This document shows positions 1-8,945 of a DNA stretch of 64,000 nucleotides, piece after piece. How positions within the stretch are numbered: position 1 is the stretch's first letter; each line of letters opens with the position of its first letter. Below the pieces are notes generated by a model. That model saw only the letters and a program-made list of their open reading frames with translations, was not told the DNA's origin and ran no database searches. The position numbers were made by a program, and so were the translations under genes. This DNA comes from Mycoplasma sp. CAG:776 (GTDB taxonomy: Bacteria > Bacillota_I > Bacilli_A > RF39 > UBA660), in contig FR903066.1 of the NCBI GenBank assembly GCA_000438195.1, forward strand, positions 55,922 through 119,921, written 5' to 3'.

Positions 1-1029
1 AAGCTCTTCTATAGAATATAAATCAGTAATTTGAGCAGAAGAATTTTTTATTCCCAGCTCTTTTCCAAAATCAATTTTAAGTTGATAGGCTTTTTTCTTT
101 GCCTCAGGAAATTCCTTTGCTTCAACAATTGTTCCCACCCGAATATCTAACTTCAAGAAATCTAGAAAAGTAACAACAGAATCATTTCGAATCTTTTTTA
201 TGGCTTCTGGTATACACTGAACTGTATCACTAGCAATCATTCCAATATCTGTATTTTTCTCTTGAGCAATTTCTCCTGCTAAACCATTTAATAAAACTCC
301 GGCACTAATAGTTAAAAGATTAAAATCTTGATAAGCAAGCATCCCAGCCAAAATTCCTGATAAAACATCCCCACTTCCGCTTGTAGCCATTCCAGCACCA
401 CCATAACTAATGGTATAAGTCTCTTTACCATCACTCACTATAGTCGTATGACCTTTAAGTAGAAGAATGACCTGATATTCCTGAGCAAAAGATTTAACGA
501 GTTCAAAATTACGTTCTTTAATTTCTGTAATATCTAAACCCGTTAAACGGGAAAATTCTTTCAAATGTGGAGTCAAAATAATTTTAGCTTTACTTGTTTT
601 CAACCATTCCAAATAACCAACCAAAGTATTTAAACCATCAGCATCAATTACTATTTTTCCTTCAAAATTTTCCAAAATAAATCTTAAAATAGATAAATGC
701 TCCTCATTAGAACTCCATCCCATGCCAATAGCTAAAACATCTAAATCATAAATAGCCTTTTTAATATCTTCCAAATAATAATAAGGATATAATGTTTGTT
801 CCAACAAACAAGGTACAATAGAAGAAACTATATTTTCAGGAACAATTACTCTCACTAATCCACATCCGCTTCGAAGAGAACTTAAACTCATATAAGCAAG
901 TTTAATTGCTCCACTATATTTTATAGAACCACCAAGTATACCCACTTTTCCAAAATTACCTTTATGAGTATCATCTTCTCTTTTTTCAAATAATTCTTGA
1001 ACATCTCGGATCCTAATTTTTCTTATCAT
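1..1029 (-). CDS. NAD(P)H-hydrate dehydratase (YjeF_C/Nnr type) fused to a C-terminal CsaA/EMAP-like tRNA-binding domain; 3' end lies outside the window
   Basis: Not in the ORF track because it runs off the edge. My reverse translation from ATG at 1029 gives [35 protein letters not shown]...[15 protein letters not shown], the carbohydrate-kinase-type NAD(P)HX dehydratase motifs. It continues in frame into ...[50 protein letters not shown], a CsaA-type OB fold. The frame is open to position 1. Confidence 0.8.
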   Translation of the reverse strand, partial: MIRKIRIRDVQELFEKREDDTHKGNFGKVGILGGSIKYSGAIKLAYMSLSSLRSGCGLVRVIVPENIVSSIVPCLLEQTLYPYYYLEDIKKAIYDLDVLAIGMGWSSNEEHLSILRFILENFEGKIVIDADGLNTLVGYLEWLKTSKAKIILTPHLKEFSRLTGLDITEIKERNFELVKSFAQEYQVILLLKGHTTIVSDGKETYTISYGGAGMATSGSGDVLSGILAGMLAYQDFNLLTISAGVLLNGLAGEIAQEKNTDIGMIASDTVQCIPEAIKKIRNDSVVTFLDFLKLDIRVGTIVEAKEFPEAKKKAYQLKIDFGKELGIKNSSAQITDLYSIEEL

Positions 1030-1107
1030 ACATATCTTCCTTTATAAAAACTATAACACAAAACGAATAAACTTGTAAATATAATAAAACTGTGATATAT
1101 TAATCAT

Positions 1108-1172
1108 GTAAGTGTTATCCAGTTTGGGTAACGCCTGCAAAATGTTTTTGGGCGCTACTTAGCGCTTTTTCT
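1108..1172 (+). ncRNA. Candidate cis-antisense sRNA (antitoxin) overlapping the 3' end of the minus-strand transcript
   Basis: Plus-strand promoter TTGTAA (1073-1078), 17 nt, TGaTATATT (extended -10, 1093-1101). A 5' hairpin GUUAUCC-AGUUU-GGGUAAC (1114-1132) is followed by an intrinsic terminator GCGCU-ACUU-AGCGC plus UUUUU (about 1152-1170). No plus-strand gene lies upstream that this terminator could serve. Confidence 0.35.
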
Positions 1173-1332
1173 TATATTCTTCTCTAATGATAGAAATGAG
1201 CATAATTATGATAATAAGTAATAGTTTTGTATCACTCAATTCACATCACCTGCTTTCGTAAAAACCCCCTGAATACAGAAGTAGTTTAAACTACTTACAA
1301 ATGAAGCAGGCGCTAAAATCAAACTAGATAAC
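1114..1332 (-). ncRNA. Structured transcript carrying the small ORF (toxin mRNA with 5'-3' fold-back); alternatively an independent rod-like sRNA
   Basis: Promoter TTGTCT-17 nt-CATAAT (plus coordinates 1369-1341) sits 8 nt upstream of G1332. The 5' arm GUUAUCUAGUUUG...GCGCCUGC pairs with the 3' arm GCAGGCGU...CAAACUGGAUAAC. The two imperfect positions are G:U on the minus strand but C:A/A:C on the plus strand, which favours the minus strand. The same 5' segment CGCCUGCUU can alternatively pair with AAGCAGGUG, covering the SD of the small ORF. Confidence 0.4.
1159..1239 (-). CDS. Candidate type I toxin peptide, 26 aa (MSDTKLLLIIIIMLISIIREEYKKKR)
   Basis: Hand translation of the minus strand. 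SD-like AGGTGA is followed by 6 nt and a TTG start at 1239; the TAA stop is at 1159-1161. The peptide has a short polar N-terminus, a 13-residue hydrophobic helix and a Lys/Arg-rich tail, the usual shape of Fst/TxpA/BsrG-like toxins. It is too short for the supplied ORF track. Confidence 0.45.
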   Translation of the reverse strand: MSDTKLLLIIIIMLISIIREEYKKKR

Positions 1333-1390
1333 AATAGTTTATTATGAATGATAACTCTTAAAAAGACAAAAAAACGTTCGACATAATTAG

Positions 1391-1417
1391 ACAAAAAAAT
1401 GAACTTCCTCGTTCATT
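1391..1417 (-). terminator. Rho-independent terminator after the BceB-like permease
   Basis: Minus strand reads ATGAAC-GAGGAA-GTTCAT followed by TTTTTTTGT, immediately after the stop codon at 1420-1422. Confidence 0.7.
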
Positions 1418-1419
1418 TT

Positions 1420-3483
1420 TTATTTATCTTTAATAATATTCTTACTACAATAATAAGTAATTAAAAAATAACCTCCATAAATAATAATCAAGAATATAGC
1501 TGTTATAGTAATAGACCGAACCATTGCCTCATCTCCAAAAGTCATCAAAATATAACGACAAAATAATAATCCAAAAATAGAATGAATAATAGCTAATAAT
1601 AGCGGAAATATAAAGAAAATTGCCACTTGCTTAAACAAAGCACGATGAATCAATTTCTCATCTGTTCCAATCTTTCGAAGCATATGATATCTCTCTTTAT
1701 TATCTGTACTTTCGGATAATTCTTTTAAAGCTAATATAGCGGCACTAGAAATAAGAAAAATAATACCTAAATATAAACCAATAAAAGTTACCATTGCACC
1801 TAACCCAACACTAGCTTCATAAATACTAATTTTAGTACTAGCATCAATATTCATTGTATTACTATTTTCATGTTCTCCTAAAGCTAAAATAGTATTTTCA
1901 ATTTCTTGTTTTCCTTCTTTACTATCTGCTTTATAATTAGCAAGTAAAATCTCCTTCTCTAAATAGGACTCATCAACAACCGAATCAGGAACTACAATAA
2001 TACCCGTATTAATATGATTACTAGAAATACGAATAAAACCATTTTGGCATTCTTCATATTTTGGAATTAAAGTATGACCAAAAATCGAAATAGAAGGTTT
2101 AGTTTTTAAAGCTTCATTACGCATTTGAATTACACTTTCAAAATCAGCTACAATAAGATACTCATTTTCATTCAAAGTATACTCTTGATTACCATATAGC
2201 TTTGCTACTTTGTTATAATCACTTAATTTCATAATTTCTTCTGGAGCATGATAAGTATAGATTGGATATTTTCTTTTAATTTCAGCTTCACTTTCTCCTA
2301 AAGTATCTAAAAAAGTAAACTCATCCGCTACATAAATATAAACCGTAGTAATATCATCAAAATAAGTATGAATATCAAAATCGACTTTATTTAAACTTTC
2401 TTCAATACTAAGAAAAGAATCTTGTCTTAATATCTCACTATAACCAGTTTGATTAGCATAATCCTCACTAATATTTCTCGTTTTAGAAAGTTCAATATCT
2501 ACTGGTACTAAACTAGTTAAATTGTCTGTCATCGAATTTTTCATGGATAAAGAACTAGATAAAACACAAATCGTAACAAAAAGCATCAAACAAATAACCG
2601 TCATCGAAAAAACTGTGGTATTTACTTTACTACTAATTTGTCTTAAAACAAAACTATTAAGTCCTTTATAATAAATTCTTTTAAAACTCATCACAATTTT
2701 TAAGATAAGTCCTGATAAAGACCAGAAAATAAGAAAAGTGGAAACACAGCCTAAAACAATAGGTAAAAAAATATCAGTAGCATTAGTAAGTGTATCAAGC
2801 CCAGCAGTTACTAAATAATAAGCATATCCAAGTATAAAAGAAGCAACAAGAAACACCATAGTACAAATAATCGGATTTTTCATTTTAACTTCTTCATTTC
2901 TTTTACTAGCTTGAAGTAAATCGATAAGTTTACAACGTCCTACACTAATCACATTAAATATCATCACAATTAAATAAATAATACCAAAGTAAATGATCGT
3001 TTTAATCATAGCACTACTAGAAAAAATAAAAGTAAAATTTGTAAGATCTGCTTCAAAACTATTAGCCACTAATACACTCATAAACTGAGAAGCTCCAATA
3101 CCAATCAAAAGCCCAATAACCAGTGAAATAATACCAATTACAAAAGTTTCTAAGAGCATAATTTTAGAAATATTTTTCTTACTCATACCTAAAGTAAGAT
3201 AAATACCAAATTCTTTATTTCGACGTTTCATCAAAAAACGACTAGCATAAATAATTAAAAATCCTAAAATAAAAGAGACAAAAACACTTACACCTGAAAG
3301 CATATTAACCATCAAATCAATAATATCTCGAGTATTTTTTGTAACATTAAGTAAAACCGTTTGACTATCAATTGCATTAAATACATAAAATATAGCCACA
3401 CCCAAAATTAAAGTAAAAAAATAAATCGCATAATCTTTAAAACTTTTTCGTATATTTTTTAAAGACAACTTAAAGAGCATCAT
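1420..3483 (-). CDS. BceB/VraG-type FtsX-family ABC permease (peptide-antibiotic sensing/detoxification type)
   Basis: 687 aa, about 10 predicted TM segments with a large extracytoplasmic domain between late TMs. N-terminus MMLFKLSLKNIRKSFKDYAIYF is typical of the family. It overlaps the upstream ATPase gene. Confidence 0.85.
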   Translation of the reverse strand: MMLFKLSLKNIRKSFKDYAIYFFTLILGVAIFYVFNAIDSQTVLLNVTKNTRDIIDLMVNMLSGVSVFVSFILGFLIIYASRFLMKRRNKEFGIYLTLGMSKKNISKIMLLETFVIGIISLVIGLLIGIGASQFMSVLVANSFEADLTNFTFIFSSSAMIKTIIYFGIIYLIVMIFNVISVGRCKLIDLLQASKRNEEVKMKNPIICTMVFLVASFILGYAYYLVTAGLDTLTNATDIFLPIVLGCVSTFLIFWSLSGLILKIVMSFKRIYYKGLNSFVLRQISSKVNTTVFSMTVICLMLFVTICVLSSSLSMKNSMTDNLTSLVPVDIELSKTRNISEDYANQTGYSEILRQDSFLSIEESLNKVDFDIHTYFDDITTVYIYVADEFTFLDTLGESEAEIKRKYPIYTYHAPEEIMKLSDYNKVAKLYGNQEYTLNENEYLIVADFESVIQMRNEALKTKPSISIFGHTLIPKYEECQNGFIRISSNHINTGIIVVPDSVVDESYLEKEILLANYKADSKEGKQEIENTILALGEHENSNTMNIDASTKISIYEASVGLGAMVTFIGLYLGIIFLISSAAILALKELSESTDNKERYHMLRKIGTDEKLIHRALFKQVAIFFIFPLLLAIIHSIFGLLFCRYILMTFGDEAMVRSITITAIFLIIIYGGYFLITYYCSKNIIKDK

Positions 3484-4237
3484 TTAAATCTCCTCCAAGT
3501 ACAGTCACAACATCAATTATTTCATCAAAGAATTCTTTACGAGATTTATCTGCTTTTATTAATTCATGAAACACTTTACCATCTTTAATAAAAATAACCC
3601 TAGTCGCATAAGAAGCACTAAAAGCATCATGCGTAACCATCAAAATAGTAGTATGAAGTTCGGTATTTAAGTAATTAAAACTTTCCAGTAACATTCTTGA
3701 TGATTTACTATCTAATGCCCCAGTTGGTTCATCGGCTAAAACTAACTTAGGATTAGTAATAATTGCTCTAGCACTAGCAATTCTTTGTTTTTCTCCACCA
3801 CTCATTTGATAAGGATATTTATTTAAGATAGCCTTAATATTAAGTCGACTAGCAATTTCTGTTATCTTTTTATCAATTAACTTAAAAGGAACATTTTGAA
3901 TAGATAATGCCAGAGCAATATTTTCATATCCCGTAAGCGTATCTAACAAATTAAAATCTTGAAAAATAAATCCAAGTTCTTCTCTTCGAAAACGATTTAA
4001 ATTACTTCCTTTTAAAGTAGTAATGTCTTCTTGATTTACATAAATATGCCCACTGGTAACTTTATCTATAGTAGAAATACAATTAAGAAGTGTTGTTTTG
4101 CCACTACCACTTGCTCCCATAATAGCAACAAACTCTCCCTTATTTACACTAAAACTAATATTATCAATCGCTTTTGTTAAGTTTGATTTATTCCCATAAC
4201 ACTTTTCAATTTTTTCTATTTTTAAAATTTCTTCCAT
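3470..4237 (-). CDS. BceA-type ABC transporter ATP-binding protein
   Basis: Walker A GASGSGKTT, signature MSGGEKQR, Walker B LVLADEPTGALD. I moved the start to MEEILKIEK (ATG 4237), which has a GAAAGGA SD 7 nt upstream. The 17 upstream codons in the track look like read-in. Confidence 0.9.
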   Translation of the reverse strand: MEEILKIEKIEKCYGNKSNLTKAIDNISFSVNKGEFVAIMGASGSGKTTLLNCISTIDKVTSGHIYVNQEDITTLKGSNLNRFRREELGFIFQDFNLLDTLTGYENIALALSIQNVPFKLIDKKITEIASRLNIKAILNKYPYQMSGGEKQRIASARAIITNPKLVLADEPTGALDSKSSRMLLESFNYLNTELHTTILMVTHDAFSASYATRVIFIKDGKVFHELIKADKSRKEFFDEIIDVVTVLGGDLNDAL

Positions 4238-4307
4238 AAAATCTGTCCTTTCAAAATTTATTATATAATAAAAGAACGAAAAAATCATTCGTTCAATCTT
4301 ACTTAAC

Positions 4308-4321
4308 CTTACAGTTTTGTA
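4308..4321. promoter_or_regulatory. BceR-like response-regulator box TTACA-GTTT-TGTAA upstream of the ABC operon
   Basis: Perfect 5-4-5 inverted repeat about 70-85 nt upstream of the ATPase start. It matches the TNACA-N4-TGTAA type site described for BceR-family regulators (recalled from memory). A TATAAT element lies between it and the start codon. Confidence 0.5.
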
Positions 4322-4383
4322 ACTTAAACACCCCCACTACAAATAAATTACAATAAATACAGACAACCTCACAAGTAATTCTT

Positions 4384-4498
4384 CTTCATTCATATTAATA
4401 TAACTTTTTTCTTACTTCTTTCCCTTTTAATAACTAATTTCAAATCCAATAATCCCTACTAATAAAATAATTATTCCCATTAACATTATAGTTTTCAT
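4384..4498 (-). pseudogene. Truncated duplicate of the 5' end of the neighbouring 266-aa gene
   Basis: Minus strand encodes MKTIMLMGIIILLVGIIGFEISY*. Compare MKNKVLMGITALLVGVIGFEIYY at 5310. The nucleotide block (c/t)atattaatataacttttttct is shared between 4391-4412 and 5191-5212. Confidence 0.6.
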
Positions 4499-4509
4499 AA
4501 TCAAAACTC

Positions 4510-5310
4510 CTAACATGCAGCTCCAGAAGTTTCCAAAATCTCATATTGATTAATAACTTTATATTCTAGCTTGTTATTATTAATTGTATAAACTCTTTCC
4601 TCCATATAATCACATGTATAATATAAATTATATATCTTATTTCCTTCAATTTCACTTCTAATCTTATTATCATCATCCAAAGTATCTATGTAGAAATTAT
4701 TTGAATACCATACACTTTCATTTTCTAAAACAACACTTTGTCCTTGATAAACTACATTCAAATAGCCAATATAATCCCAATTTTGATTAAAAATATTATA
4801 TTTTATTCCTACTCCCCCTGCTGGAGGTAAAGAATAATCTTGAACAATCAAATAATTAATTCCATCAATTCCTGGAAAAATAATAAAATTATTTTCATTA
4901 AAATATCGTGCAATAAAATCGACATAACTATTAGGAGGAATAGTATCATACCAAACACTAAATAAATAACTATCTCCTAAAGTTGACTCAATATCCCAAT
5001 ACCCTACTCCTTCATTAATTTCAAAGGTAATGTCAAACTCTTTCTTCTCACCATTTAAAACCATTTCATATTCTTGAATAATTTGATTACCATTTTCTTT
5101 AGTATTAACAAGTTTTACATAATCTTCTACTTTATCTGGATTATTCTCTAATGGTAAATCTTCTTCTTTATTGTTCTCTTGTTCCCCACTTATATTAATA
5201 TAACTTTTTTCTTTTTCGCTATTCTCTGAATAACTAAAAATATAATAGATTTCAAATCCAATAACACCCACTAATAAAGCAGTAATTCCCATTAACACTT
5301 TATTTTTCAT
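4510..5310 (-). CDS. Hypothetical N-terminally anchored/secreted protein
   Basis: 266-aa ORF with one N-terminal hydrophobic helix and no motif I recognise. An extended -10 TGTATAAT lies just upstream. It sits between the TCS and the ABC genes. Confidence 0.6.
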   Translation of the reverse strand: MKNKVLMGITALLVGVIGFEIYYIFSYSENSEKEKSYINISGEQENNKEEDLPLENNPDKVEDYVKLVNTKENGNQIIQEYEMVLNGEKKEFDITFEINEGVGYWDIESTLGDSYLFSVWYDTIPPNSYVDFIARYFNENNFIIFPGIDGINYLIVQDYSLPPAGGVGIKYNIFNQNWDYIGYLNVVYQGQSVVLENESVWYSNNFYIDTLDDDNKIRSEIEGNKIYNLYYTCDYMEERVYTINNNKLEYKVINQYEILETSGAAC

Positions 5311-5368
5311 AACACCAACTCTATTCTACTTTAAATTATACAAAAAATATGGAATAAACTCAATATTT

Positions 5369-6391
5369 TTATTCCATATTACGAACCTCTTTATAAAATA
5401 AATTTTCATCAAAAACAATAATAACTTTAGTATACTCTCCTTCTTTTGATTCAATTTCTAATTTGTGCCCTAACTTCTTACATAATTGATCAACAATATA
5501 TAAACCCATGCCAGTTGAACCGGGAACCTTTCTTCCATTTTGACCAGTAAAAGTTTTCTTAAAAACTCTGCCTAGATCACTTTTAGGAATCCCCATTCCA
5601 TTATCCAATATTTCTAAAATAATTTGTTGTTCCTTATGATAAGCTTTTATTTCTATTTTTTTATCTAAACCATCTTTCATATACTTAATGCTATTACTAA
5701 TAATTTGATTCATCATAAACTCTAACCATTTATAATCAGTTAACACTTTTAATTTTCCAACATCACTAATTATTTCAATTTGTTTTTCAAGCAAAACATC
5801 TTTATTTTTAAGCATAACTTCTCGAATAACTTTATTTAAATCTACTTCTTTAATAATATAATCATTCTGTGTATTCTCACTTCGAATATAGTAAAGTATT
5901 TGTTCTAAATATCCATCAATTTTATGAATTTCTCCCACTAATACTTTATCTGTTTTCTTATTATGAGTATATAAAGATAAAGCTGATAAAGGTATTTTAA
6001 CTTCATGAATCCATAACTCCACATATTCTTTAAAGTCATTCATTTTTTCTTTATAATCATGAATATTCTCATTCATCGATTTATTAATTTCATATAACAT
6101 TTGATAAAAAAGTTCTCCTTCTAAAAAATTAGGATTTTTAACTAATTCACAAATAAGATATTTTTCTTTTAATAAATCTAGTTTTACTCGCACATCTCGG
6201 TAAAAAAACACTTTTCTCAAATAATCATATAAAAAAATAAATAAGAAAAGTAAAAAATAAATAATCGAAAAAGCAACTTGAAAATCAACAACAATTTTAA
6301 AACCAATCATAAAAGATAATAAAACAAAATAAGCTACAATAATAAAGAAAAATATCCAAAATTTATCTTTTAAATAATCACTTAAAGTCAT
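5369..6391 (-). CDS. BceS-like intramembrane-sensing histidine kinase
   Basis: Two N-terminal TM helices with almost no loop, H-box IHEVKIPLSAL, and N/G boxes NSIKY, DNGMGIP, GMGLY. It overlaps the regulator gene by 4 nt. Confidence 0.85.
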   Translation of the reverse strand: MTLSDYLKDKFWIFFFIIVAYFVLLSFMIGFKIVVDFQVAFSIIYFLLFLFIFLYDYLRKVFFYRDVRVKLDLLKEKYLICELVKNPNFLEGELFYQMLYEINKSMNENIHDYKEKMNDFKEYVELWIHEVKIPLSALSLYTHNKKTDKVLVGEIHKIDGYLEQILYYIRSENTQNDYIIKEVDLNKVIREVMLKNKDVLLEKQIEIISDVGKLKVLTDYKWLEFMMNQIISNSIKYMKDGLDKKIEIKAYHKEQQIILEILDNGMGIPKSDLGRVFKKTFTGQNGRKVPGSTGMGLYIVDQLCKKLGHKLEIESKEGEYTKVIIVFDENLFYKEVRNME

Positions 6392-7062
6392 AATAAAATA
6401 TACCCTTGTCCTTTTCTCGTTTCAATCGCATCTTCTATTCCCAACTCTCGAAATTTACTTCTAAGTCTACTAATATTCACAGTTAAAGCATTATCATTAA
6501 TATATTCTTCATTATTCCAAAGTTCTGTCATTAATTCATCACGCATCACAATTTTCCCCTTTGCCTCATATAAATAAAGAAAAATAATCATTTCATTTTT
6601 CGTAAGAATAACTTCTTCTTCATCCTTTTTTACAATACCTTTCTTTACATCAATAATTAAATTATGATAATGAATAACATCCATAATATTATTTTCTAAT
6701 CGTTTTAATACAGCTTGTATTCTAAGTAATAAAATAGTAGGATGATAAGGCTTTGTAATATAATCATCTGCCCCATAACTCATAGATAAAACTTCATCTA
6801 TCTCACCTATTTTACTCGTTACCATAATAACTGGTATACTACTAACTTTTCTTAAATTCTTTAATAACACTTCTCCATTCATATAAGGAATATTAATATC
6901 AAGTAAAATTAAATCTGGAAGAACTTGCAAAATATCTTCCAACATATTTTGATATTTTTCTAAAAGAACAACTTCATAATTAGCATTACTAAGTAATTCC
7001 TTTAATTCATTTCGAATATTTTCATCATCTTCAATAATTAAAATCTTTTTCATATCCATCAC
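6388..7062 (-). CDS. OmpR-family response regulator (BceR-like)
   Basis: Receiver motifs ILIIEDD...LILLDINIP...TSK plus a winged-helix C-terminus ...TRKGQGYIL. Confidence 0.9.
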   Translation of the reverse strand: MMDMKKILIIEDDENIRNELKELLSNANYEVVLLEKYQNMLEDILQVLPDLILLDINIPYMNGEVLLKNLRKVSSIPVIMVTSKIGEIDEVLSMSYGADDYITKPYHPTILLLRIQAVLKRLENNIMDVIHYHNLIIDVKKGIVKKDEEEVILTKNEMIIFLYLYEAKGKIVMRDELMTELWNNEEYINDNALTVNISRLRSKFRELGIEDAIETRKGQGYILL

Positions 7063-7281
7063 ATTTCAAGTATATCACATTTACATACTTCCATCATTAA
7101 ATATTTACTATCTTTCTTATAATAAAATTATATTTATAACAACTAATCCTTCTAATAAATAGATTTCAGCTTTAAATTGTTTTTTATATTTTCTTTACCT
7201 TTGAACAAAAAAACAATTCATCTTATTATGATACATATTAGCGAACTACACTCATTTTATTTTAAAATAATATCTTTACTT

Positions 7282-8289
7282 TTACTGCATCACATCATCA
7301 TGCATTTTACTTTTAGGAAATATAATATGAACTCTTGTATATTCTTGATATTTTGATTCAATATTTACTTCAATATCTAGTCTTAAACTTAATTTTTTAA
7401 CTAAATAAAGACCTATCCCTGTTGCATAACTTTTCTTTCGATTAGAACCCGTAAACCCTTTATCAAATACTCTTGGTAAATCCGAAAAACGAATTCCACA
7501 TCCATTATCTTCAATAATAAGTTCCACTTGATTATTTTTTGTCATGCTATAAATTTCTAGCTTTTTTTCTTTCTTATCAAAATATTTTATAGAATTCCCA
7601 ATAATTTGTTGAAGAATAAATAAAATCCATTTTTCATCCGTATAAACAAAATGCTCTAAATCATGAACATTCAAAATAATATGACTCGCTAAAAAGGAAT
7701 CTTTATATTTTAGCATCAACGTATGGACAAGAGAAGAAAGTTTTATTTTTTTCACAAAATAATCTTTTTCAGTATTATCACTTCTCGCATAATATAAAAC
7801 TTGCTCCACATAATCTTCAATTTTTTCTACTTGTCTTTTCAAACTTTGATCTCGATTATTATCAAAATATAAAGCTAAAGCTGCAATAGGTGTTTTAATT
7901 TCATGAGCAAAACTTTCAATATATTCTTGATAATCCTCTTTTTCTTGTTCTATTCTAGTAATTTTATCATTCATAGATTTACAAGCTTCTTTTAAAACAT
8001 AATAATAAGGATAAACATCAACTGAATAATCTTTAGGAATAACCTCAGAAATATAATATTTGTCTTCTAATTTATCACAACACCGAATTATTTCTAATGC
8101 TTTCTTTTTCTTAAAGTAAAAAGAAAAAAATAAATAACTAAAAGAAAAAAAGATTAAAATCAAAGATAATATTAACGCAATAAATAATGGGATTTCTAGC
8201 AAATAAAAAAGAAGAAAAAGAACAATACTAAATGAAAAGTGAAAAATAAGAAAAGAAATATTTTTCTCTAAAAAATTTCCAAAACTCAT
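7282..8289 (-). CDS. Second BceS-like intramembrane-sensing histidine kinase
   Basis: Two N-terminal TM helices, H-box AHEIKTPIAAL, then DNGCGIR and GIGLYLV. Confidence 0.85.
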   Translation of the reverse strand: MSFGNFLEKNISFLIFHFSFSIVLFLLFYLLEIPLFIALILSLILIFFSFSYLFFSFYFKKKKALEIIRCCDKLEDKYYISEVIPKDYSVDVYPYYYVLKEACKSMNDKITRIEQEKEDYQEYIESFAHEIKTPIAALALYFDNNRDQSLKRQVEKIEDYVEQVLYYARSDNTEKDYFVKKIKLSSLVHTLMLKYKDSFLASHIILNVHDLEHFVYTDEKWILFILQQIIGNSIKYFDKKEKKLEIYSMTKNNQVELIIEDNGCGIRFSDLPRVFDKGFTGSNRKKSYATGIGLYLVKKLSLRLDIEVNIESKYQEYTRVHIIFPKSKMHDDVMQ

Positions 8290-8945
8290 ATAAAGTATCC
8301 AACTCCTCTTTTAGTTTTTACCAAATCACTTAAATCAATATCTTCTAGTTTTTTTCGTAAACGATTAATATTTACGAGTAAAATTGTTTCATCTAAATAA
8401 TATTGGTCATTCCATAAAAATTCAATTAATTTCTCTTTACTTAATACCACCCCAACGTTTAAAAAAAGGTAATATAATATTCGAAATTCATTTCTTGTTA
8501 ATTCCACTTCTTTATCTTGAAAACGCACTTTTGATAAATGTAAATCCAAAGTAACATCATGAACTTTTAGTTCCTTATAACGAACTGGATCATTAAGTTT
8601 TAATGCTCTTCTAATTTTTTCTAACAAAATATATTTATTATAAGGTTTAGTAACAAAATCATCCCCACCAACTAAAAGACTATTTAATTCATCTTCTTCC
8701 GTATTTCTGCTTGTAACAAAAATAATGGGTGTTTGTCTCTTCTTTTTAATTTCCCGACAAATTTGAAATCCATTTTGATTAGGAAGATTAATATCAAGTA
8801 ACATCAAATCACAATCTTTGGTTAAAATATCTTCTATAATTGAAGAAAAATTAGTAAGTGTTTCTACTTCATAATTTTCATGTTCTAATAATATTTTCAA
8901 TTCTTGAGCTATCTTTAAATCATCTTCCACAACTAACAATCTCAT
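8286..8945 (-). CDS. Second OmpR-family response regulator
   Basis: MRLLVVEDD...LMLLDINLP...TSR plus winged helix ...TKRGVGYFI. It overlaps both neighbours by 4 nt. Confidence 0.9.
   Translation of the reverse strand: MRLLVVEDDLKIAQELKILLEHENYEVETLTNFSSIIEDILTKDCDLMLLDINLPNQNGFQICREIKKKRQTPIIFVTSRNTEEDELNSLLVGGDDFVTKPYNKYILLEKIRRALKLNDPVRYKELKVHDVTLDLHLSKVRFQDKEVELTRNEFRILYYLFLNVGVVLSKEKLIEFLWNDQYYLDETILLVNINRLRKKLEDIDLSDLVKTKRGVGYFI

Noticed and set aside
1114-1332. Considered SRP RNA, T-box, RNase P or tmRNA identity for the structured RNA upstream of the nnr-like gene; also a 6S RNA (rod with closing stem).
   Set aside because: There is no GGAA-tetraloop/AGCAGC helix-8 arrangement, no T-box AGAGA/GGUGGUACC elements, no GAGGAAAGUCC and no tag ORF. 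6S remains possible. However, the embedded SD plus hydrophobic 26-aa ORF and the convergent terminated antisense transcript fit a type I TA locus better.
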